Positions 57,908 through 64,000 of a stretch of DNA of 64,000 nt are shown piece after piece (the first letter of the stretch is position 1; each line of letters begins with the position of its first letter). The position numbers and the translations under genes were made by a program. The notes beneath the pieces were generated by a model. That model did not search any database, was not told the origin of the DNA, and was given only the letters and a program-made list of their open reading frames with translations. The stretch comes from Candidatus Krumholzibacteriota bacterium. GTDB taxonomy: Bacteria; Krumholzibacteriota; Krumholzibacteriia; Krumholzibacteriales; Krumholzibacteriaceae. The stretch is from NCBI GenBank assembly GCA_016932415.1, contig JAFGCX010000034.1:9002-73001 (forward strand), in the 5' to 3' direction.

Positions 57908-59331
57908 GAAGCTCGAGCAATAAGAAAATACTGGTAGTAGGGGCTGGCGAAGCCGGCCGGATGGTCCTGGGAGAGATAGAAGGACACCCGGAGATCGAAT
58001 CATCGGTGATCGGATTTCTTGATGACGACGATGAACTGGCGGGAAAAACGGTGCGATCCGTTCCCGTTCTAGGTACGACTGACCGGCTAGAGGAGATCGC
58101 CGCTTCGATGGATATCGATGAGGTCATCATCTCGGTGCCGACTGCTCCGGGACGATTCGTGCGGGAGATGATAAGGCGGTGCCGCAGGGCGGGAGTCGTC
58201 TACAGGATAGTACCCGGTGTGATGGAGATAATAAAGGGAGATGTCCACATCGACCAGATCAGGGATGTGCGCGTCGAAGATCTGCTTGGACGCGAAACGG
58301 TCAGTTTTGACCTGGAGTCGGCAAGATTGGAACTTTCCGGCAGGAAGATCCTGGTCACGGGGGCGGGAGGTTCGATCGGTAGCGAGCTTTGCAGGCAGCT
58401 CGCAAGAGTCGGACCGGAAGAACTGATCATACTCGGAAGGGGCGAAAACAGGATATTCATGATAGAGGAGGAGCTCAGGTCCTCTTTTCCCGGTTTGAGG
58501 ATATCTACTGTCATCTGTAACCTCACCGATATGGCAAAGATAAAAAGGATGATGAAGGAGATCGCTCCCGGTATCGTATATCATGCGGCGGCCCACAAGC
58601 ATGTCCATTACATGGAAAGGGACCCTTCAGAGGCGGTCATAAACAACGTCGCCGGAAGCATAAATGTAATCAGAGCCGCTGAAGAGTGTGGAGTCGAACG
58701 TTTCGTGTTCATATCGACCGATAAGGCGGCGGATCCCGATGGAGTGATGGGAGCGACAAAGAGAATAGTAGAGCTTTACCTCGGGTCTTACAGCGATCAC
58801 AGCAGGTGCAGGTATATCACTGTGAGATTCGGAAACGTGATAGGGAGCGCCGGAAGTGTTGTTCCTCTTTTTCTCAGGCAGATCGGATGGGGAGGTCCGG
58901 TAACGGTAAGTGACGCCCAGGCGACAAGGTTTTTCATGACGGTAAAAGAAGCTGCTTTTCTTGTCATAAGGTCATCGCTCATCGGCAACGGAAAAGAGAC
59001 ATTTATCCTCGATATGGGAGAGCCTCTGAATATCTATGAGATGGCGAAAGATATAATAATGTTGACCGGTCATGAACCGGAGACCGAGATCCCGATCAGG
59101 ATGTCAGGCTTGCGTGACGGGGAAAAACTCCATGAAGTCCTCGTAAGTAAAAATGAACAGCTTAAGCCTTCCGGTGAGGACAAGATCCTCATTGCCAGTT
59201 CAATTGAGAGACCTCCAGAGGGCCTGGAACGTATGATATCGGAGATGATCGAGGCCGCGGGAAAAGGGGACGATGGCGCAGTGCTTGGATTGATGTCGAG
59301 TATCATTCCCGGATTCGACCGCGGGGACTGA
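57904..59331 (+). CDS. Nucleotide-sugar 4,6-dehydratase (PglF/CapD-like), lacking N-terminal TMs
   Basis: VGAGEAG, VEDLLGR, TGAGGSIGSELCRQ, HAAAHKHV, STDKA, MGATKR, RFGNV.GS.GSV.P.F. Confidence 0.92.
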   Translation: MRSSSNKKILVVGAGEAGRMVLGEIEGHPEIESSVIGFLDDDDELAGKTVRSVPVLGTTDRLEEIAASMDIDEVIISVPTAPGRFVREMIRRCRRAGVVYRIVPGVMEIIKGDVHIDQIRDVRVEDLLGRETVSFDLESARLELSGRKILVTGAGGSIGSELCRQLARVGPEELIILGRGENRIFMIEEELRSSFPGLRISTVICNLTDMAKIKRMMKEIAPGIVYHAAAHKHVHYMERDPSEAVINNVAGSINVIRAAEECGVERFVFISTDKAADPDGVMGATKRIVELYLGSYSDHSRCRYITVRFGNVIGSAGSVVPLFLRQIGWGGPVTVSDAQATRFFMTVKEAAFLVIRSSLIGNGKETFILDMGEPLNIYEMAKDIIMLTGHEPETEIPIRMSGLRDGEKLHEVLVSKNEQLKPSGEDKILIASSIERPPEGLERMISEMIEAAGKGDDGAVLGLMSSIIPGFDRGD

Positions 59332-59354
59332 CGGTCAGATGACAGAACGAGGCC

Positions 59355-60311
59355 GTGGTGAATATTGAGATCGAATATGATATCGACAAGGAAGAGATAA
59401 GCGAATTCATCGGATCATGCCGGGGTGCGACCTATTTTCATTCCCCTTCCTGGATGAATATCCTGGTCCGCGCTTTTCCGCGTTTCAGGGGAGGATGGAT
59501 AACGGCACGTGACGGGAAGTCGCTACGCGGCGTCATGCCTTTTATAAGGATAGACAGGGGAGCGGTATTCTCGATATGGTCGATGCCGTTCGGCACCTAC
59601 GGAACGCCTCTTTGCGAGCGGGAGAGCGTCAGGCTGGCTCTCGTCGACAGGTTTTCACAGATAGCCGGATCGTCACGCTGCGCGGAGGCTGTGGCATCTC
59701 TTTTCGAGATCGACGGCGGCGACGGGAGTATGATCGGAAAGGCCGTGGTGGACAGGAACGAATGCAGCCTGATAATGCTCGATGGTGATTTCACCGAGTA
59801 CAGGTCGAAGAGGCTCAGCAGGAAAAAAAGGCAGATATGCAACGGATGCGAGAAGGATGGAGTAGAGATCAGGCTGATTGAAAAAGACGAAGACCTGTCG
59901 ATTTTCTATGACATATATTTTTCGGGGTCGACGGGGTGGGGAGGCGTCCACCCCTATCCCAGGGAGTTTTTCAGGGAGCTTTTTAAAAGAAGGGATGAAG
60001 GGATCCTTTTCTGGGGAGCGTTCGTCGAAGGACGGATGCTTGGAGGACATATCGATATTTATTATAAATCGATGGCGCAGGCATGGCAGGCCGGGATCTC
60101 GGACGAGTCCCATTCGGCCGGGATCGCCTGCTACCTCGTGTACAGGGCAGTAGAAGAGGCTTATAAAAGGGAAGTAAAGGTCTTCAATCTCGGAAGCAGC
60201 TGCGGGGACAGCGGGATGCTGTTCTTTAAAAGATCGATGGGAGGGATCGAACACATTTATCCCGAACTGAGAATTCGAAAGAAATGGTGGAAATGGCTCA
60301 CGAGGAAATGA
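59355..60311 (+). CDS. FemAB-like / Acetyltransf_6 GNAT protein
   Basis: ATYFHSP.W, SMPFGTYG, YPREFF, FNLGSS...G...FK.SMG. Confidence 0.8.
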   Translation: MVNIEIEYDIDKEEISEFIGSCRGATYFHSPSWMNILVRAFPRFRGGWITARDGKSLRGVMPFIRIDRGAVFSIWSMPFGTYGTPLCERESVRLALVDRFSQIAGSSRCAEAVASLFEIDGGDGSMIGKAVVDRNECSLIMLDGDFTEYRSKRLSRKKRQICNGCEKDGVEIRLIEKDEDLSIFYDIYFSGSTGWGGVHPYPREFFRELFKRRDEGILFWGAFVEGRMLGGHIDIYYKSMAQAWQAGISDESHSAGIACYLVYRAVEEAYKREVKVFNLGSSCGDSGMLFFKRSMGGIEHIYPELRIRKKWWKWLTRK

Positions 60312-61831
60312 GGAAAGGGAGATCGAAGATCGCTGGGAATTCCATCTCCCTGGCCGTGTCCGGAGCCGGTGGGATGTTGTTCACCCTCGTTCAACTCAGC
60401 ATTCTCAGCAGGACGCTTGAGGGAGATCTTTTCGGCGCATTCGTCGTTCTTAAAGGCTTTTCCCTTTTTCTCGCCACAATCATCCTTATCGGTCTTCCCC
60501 AGGTGATAATCAGATTCTTTCCCTCGTACCAGAACCGGGGAGAGAACGGCAAAGCGCTGAGACTTTTCGTAGTATCATCGATCGTCGTTCTTGTCCTTGG
60601 TTCCTCGATCTATTTATCCATAGGACGATTGAAGGCTCTCCTGCCGGACGCGCAGAGCGTTTTCTCGACCGACGAGATACTCTACTGGATGGTGATCTCC
60701 TCCATTACCGTGGCATTGAAATTGATACTGTACGGAGGATTCAACGGATTGCGGGAGATGCGCACGCAGATGTACTTCGAGATATCTTATCTCGCCGTGC
60801 TTACCGCTCTGATCGTGTTTTTCCAGGATTCCCTTTCCCTCACCGCGCTTTTCAGGATGATATCGTTGCTGAATGGAATTGTCTACGTGGCAGGAGCGCC
60901 GGTCCTGTTAAATATGATCGGCAGGATGAATGCTTCCACCGGGACAGGGGATGCCGCGCGAGTCGTCCAGCCGGTTTTTTTATCTTATATGGGTTATTCG
61001 CTCGTACTCAGTTTTGTGGCGTTGGCCTTTACTGATTTCGACAGGTTTGTGATGTCATCCGTCCTGCCGTTGTCGGCGATTTCGATATTTCACGTCGCGT
61101 CGAGGATTAACAGCCTGATAAAAAGATTTCTCGGATTTCCCGTTATCGCGCTTCAGCCCGAAGTCACCAGGATCTACGAAGAGGGAAGATGGGAACAGCT
61201 CCCGGAGAAGATCACATTGTTCACGAAGACTACGGTGATAGCCGCTTTCTTTTTTTCCGTCCTTGCCGCCTTGGCCGGTAATGATGTCATCCTTCTTCTG
61301 AGCGGGAAAAAATACGAAGCAGCGTACCCGGTCATGCTCGTGCTGCTCGCCGGCGTGCCTATTGCCGCATTCATAGCCCCTGTCCTGACGACGATGAGGG
61401 GGCTCAATCATATCAAGTGGGCGGCTCTCTGCGATTTCCTGTGGATGGCGGTATATTTCGGTTCGTTCTTCATATTCGTTACGATCTGGGGCGTGACGGG
61501 GATGGCTATCGCGCAGGTTCTGGCATCAATCGTGCAAATGGCCGCGGCGGTCGCGCTTTCGAAGAAAGAGGGGTTCTACGGAGGACTGGGAAAAAATACG
61601 GTCAAGGCGATCATCTTTATTCTGCTTCTGGCCATCCCGCTGATAATGGTGACTCGATACCTTGGAATATACGCTGTCATATCAGCCATGGTATTTTCCC
61701 CTCTTATCCTTAGGATCCTGCTGGTGAAGCTGAGAATATTCGAATCGGCCGAGATAGCCGTCTTAAAGGGAATGATACCTCAGAGAGCAGGCCAGAGATT
61801 CATGGTATGGTTGATCGATCCGGAGGCCTGA
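60308..61831 (+). CDS. Wzx-type oligosaccharide flippase
   Basis: Many TMs; LSR.L....FG, GLP..I.RF, D.FV.......SIF..A, P..TRIY; ATGA overlap with the GNAT gene. Confidence 0.8.
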   Translation: MRKGRSKIAGNSISLAVSGAGGMLFTLVQLSILSRTLEGDLFGAFVVLKGFSLFLATIILIGLPQVIIRFFPSYQNRGENGKALRLFVVSSIVVLVLGSSIYLSIGRLKALLPDAQSVFSTDEILYWMVISSITVALKLILYGGFNGLREMRTQMYFEISYLAVLTALIVFFQDSLSLTALFRMISLLNGIVYVAGAPVLLNMIGRMNASTGTGDAARVVQPVFLSYMGYSLVLSFVALAFTDFDRFVMSSVLPLSAISIFHVASRINSLIKRFLGFPVIALQPEVTRIYEEGRWEQLPEKITLFTKTTVIAAFFFSVLAALAGNDVILLLSGKKYEAAYPVMLVLLAGVPIAAFIAPVLTTMRGLNHIKWAALCDFLWMAVYFGSFFIFVTIWGVTGMAIAQVLASIVQMAAAVALSKKEGFYGGLGKNTVKAIIFILLLAIPLIMVTRYLGIYAVISAMVFSPLILRILLVKLRIFESAEIAVLKGMIPQRAGQRFMVWLIDPEA

Positions 61832-63136
61832 TTGAATCGAAAAAAGATATTGATGATGATAAATTTTTTCCCGCCATCGGCGGGAGGAGGAGTGTACCGT
61901 CCATTATCATTTGTACGGTATCTTTCCGGATCAGGATGGGACGTGACGGTGATCACCCCGAGACCCGGGGAATTCTGGATAAATGATCCCGGACTGGAAA
62001 GCAAAGTACCGCCGGAAGTCCGTGTTATAAGGACGAAGTCTTTCTCCGGTCAGAGGATCCTCGCAAACCTTGGAAAAGGAAAGCAGAGTGGCTCATCGAG
62101 ATCTTCATCACGCTTCGGCCTGATGAGAAAAGCCGGTGAGTTCGTGCTGATTCCCGACACCTATGTCGGATGGGTCCCTTTTGCGGCCGGCGCGGCCGCG
62201 AAGCTATGCCGGTCTGAAAGATTCGATATGATATATTCGACAAGCCCGCCGGACAGCACCCATCTCGCAGCGGGAAGGACCTCGAGAAGGTTTCATCTTC
62301 CATGGGTAGCGGATTTTCGTGATCCATGGATCTCTCTCTATCTCAGAGATCCCGCGACGCCTATCCACGCGGCGATCCATAAAAATCTGGAAAAGCGGGT
62401 TTCAGCCGCGAAGCTCGTTCTCGTGACGACTACATGGCAGAAAGAGAAGCTTCTCTCTCTTTTTCCTTCATGCCGGGTCGAGAAGATCCCGAACGGTTAT
62501 GAGGAAGAGGATTTTCCCGAAGGTTTGGCGATCCCGGACGGCGACGGAAAGTTGAAGATCGTGCACGCCGGGATGCTTACCCTTGGAAGAAGTTCGCGGC
62601 CTTTTCTCGAAGGATTGAGGCTTTTTCTCGACCGAAGACCCGGTGCCGGAGAATCTGTAGAAGTGACCTTTATCGGACCAAGGGAGTCGGCCAATGAGGA
62701 ATGGGTCGGAAGGCTCGGCCTCGGTGGCAACGTCAGGTTCCGTGATAATATCGCTCACAGCGAATGCGTAAATATCGAGAGGGCAAGTGATCTGCTTCTG
62801 CTGATAAAACATGACGATCCGAGATATACAGGTCTGGTTCCCGGAAAACTTTTTGAATATATAGGAGCTAGGCGTCCCATTCTCGCCATCGCTCCCGATG
62901 GAGAGGCAGCTTCGATAGTCAGGGATCTGAATCGGGGAGAGGTTGTTCCGGCAGGTGACAGGGAGGCTGTCGCGGCAGTTATCGATAAGTTCTTTATCCT
63001 GCATAAAGAGGGCAGGCTGGGCAGTTCATATTCCCTCGGCGTGGTCAGGGAATATTCACGCCGTGTTCTCGCTGGAAAGCTCGAACTGTTGTTAAGGAGT
63101 ATCGCGGGAAACGACCATAGTCTCGGAGAGGCGTGA
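61832..63136 (+). CDS. Glycosyltransferase family 4
   Basis: FPP..GGGVYR, IPD...GW, TSPP.S.HL, DFRDPW, IPNGY, PGKLFEY. Confidence 0.92.
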   Translation: MNRKKILMMINFFPPSAGGGVYRPLSFVRYLSGSGWDVTVITPRPGEFWINDPGLESKVPPEVRVIRTKSFSGQRILANLGKGKQSGSSRSSSRFGLMRKAGEFVLIPDTYVGWVPFAAGAAAKLCRSERFDMIYSTSPPDSTHLAAGRTSRRFHLPWVADFRDPWISLYLRDPATPIHAAIHKNLEKRVSAAKLVLVTTTWQKEKLLSLFPSCRVEKIPNGYEEEDFPEGLAIPDGDGKLKIVHAGMLTLGRSSRPFLEGLRLFLDRRPGAGESVEVTFIGPRESANEEWVGRLGLGGNVRFRDNIAHSECVNIERASDLLLLIKHDDPRYTGLVPGKLFEYIGARRPILAIAPDGEAASIVRDLNRGEVVPAGDREAVAAVIDKFFILHKEGRLGSSYSLGVVREYSRRVLAGKLELLLRSIAGNDHSLGEA

Positions 63137-63221
63137 ACGGATATCAGAAGGCCTGCGGGGCGCGTCTTTCAGGAGTAGCGTGATATGACCATCGATGGAG
63201 AATGATCGAATGGAAAGAGCG

Positions 63222-64000
63222 ATGAAGAGAAGCGATTATCTGGTCGTCACGGCATCTGTCGCGTTGATGATAATACTTGCCCTGCCACTCAGGGGTTCGA
63301 TCACCGACGATACGTATATACATATGCAGTACGCGCGTAATCTGGTCGAAGCGGGTGAACTCTCATTCAACAGGGGGGAGCCGACCTATGGCGCTACCAG
63401 TCCACTCTGGGTCCTCCTTCTCGCCACGGTGTACCGGCTCGGTGGCGAGATGGCTCTGTGGAGCAGGATACTTTCGCTTTTTTTCGGCGTAGCTTCGATA
63501 TATATGGTCTACAGGTTTATGATCGCGATCGGGATGGGGAGTTATCCTTCCGCGATAGCCTCGGCGATCTTCGCTTCGGAAGCATGGGTGATACGATGGA
63601 GTATGGTCGGAATGGAATCATCGATGGCAGTTTTCATCGTGATAGCCGCAGTAATGGCAGCTCTGGGAGCTACACGTTCGTTGAGGAGGTCGATGCTGTT
63701 TGGAGCCCTTCTCTTCCTTGCCTATCTTGCCAGACCTGAAACACTTTTGCTACTGCCCCTTTCCCTGATCTCATTCAGCCTCTTTCGCGGCGGCGCCGGA
63801 GGGGCTCGTCGATATGGGTGGCTGCTGATATTTATTCCCGCGATCGTCATCTGGTTCCTTGTGATAAGGGATCATACAGGCACGTGGTTCCCTCTGACTG
63901 CCGGTGCCAAGCAGGGAACGTTCGATTTTTCTCCTGTTCTGCTGACCAGGATGCTCGTCCCGGTAAAAATCCTTTCAATGAGCGTCGGGATCGCGATAAT
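63222..64000 (+). CDS. AftB-like GT-C membrane glycosyltransferase (3' truncated; absent from the ORF track)
   Basis: Manual translation: MKRSDYL...ITDDTYIHMQYARNLVEAGELSFNRGEPTYGATSPLW...GMES...LARPE...FPLTAGAK. No stop seen before the edge; in-frame ATGs also at 63195 and 63210. Confidence 0.8.
   Translation, partial: MKRSDYLVVTASVALMIILALPLRGSITDDTYIHMQYARNLVEAGELSFNRGEPTYGATSPLWVLLLATVYRLGGEMALWSRILSLFFGVASIYMVYRFMIAIGMGSYPSAIASAIFASEAWVIRWSMVGMESSMAVFIVIAAVMAALGATRSLRRSMLFGALLFLAYLARPETLLLLPLSLISFSLFRGGAGGARRYGWLLIFIPAIVIWFLVIRDHTGTWFPLTAGAKQGTFDFSPVLLTRMLVPVKILSMSVGIAI

Noticed and set aside
576-61713. Numerous short antisense and alternate-frame ORFs (e.g. 576-1145, 2538-3383, 13929-14669, 37060-37743, 54315-54953)
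   Set aside because: All overlap well-supported genes and show no family motifs or protein-like composition.
63277-63739. ORF-track ORFs 63277-63492 and 63458-63739
   Set aside because: Out-of-frame overlaps of the real GT-C frame that starts near 63222.
1-64000. CRISPR arrays, transposases, integrases, prophage or defence genes, or an island at tRNA-Gln
   Set aside because: No repeat-spacer pattern or mobile-element protein motifs were seen, and the tRNA is flanked by core genes with no duplicated 3' end noticed.

Overview
Gene-dense chromosomal window from a diderm bacterium, almost entirely on the + strand. Gene content and synteny suggest an FCB-related candidate lineage such as Krumholzibacteriota/Latescibacterota (inference only). 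The left ~37 kb is mostly housekeeping: recA-recX-alaS, an SLBB polysaccharide exporter, gmhA, a UbiA-type polyprenyl-phosphate phosphoribosyltransferase with DUF362, ispE-spoVG-tRNA-Gln-prs-rplY-pth, rpsF-rpsR-rplI, manB/manC, envelope lipoproteins, tonB and an amidase on the - strand, selA, a SPOR protein, smc-ftsY, an orphan chemoreceptor, and an FMN-riboswitch-led ribD-ribE-ribBA-ribH-nusB operon. The right ~27 kb is one large glycosylation locus: two tandem DUF2723 (TMEM260-like) GT-C/TPR proteins, YfhO, an AftB-like GT-C running off the edge, two polyprenol-phosphate sugar synthases, GT2/GT4 enzymes, two flippase types, a PglF/CapD-type dehydratase, a FemAB-like GNAT and a PorZ-like propeller with a YPNP C-terminal sorting-like domain. 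Best candidates for undescribed biology: (1) a TMEM260-like bacterial protein O-mannosylation system, (2) a T9SS-like cargo-anchoring glycan module, (3) a lipid-linked pentose pathway with DUF362 and no DprE1/2 in view, (4) a pseudo-ATPase-TM-SPOR protein upstream of smc, and (5) an apparent ATC start codon in manB. No CRISPR array or mobile element was seen. All family calls come from motif recognition by eye; no database searches were run.
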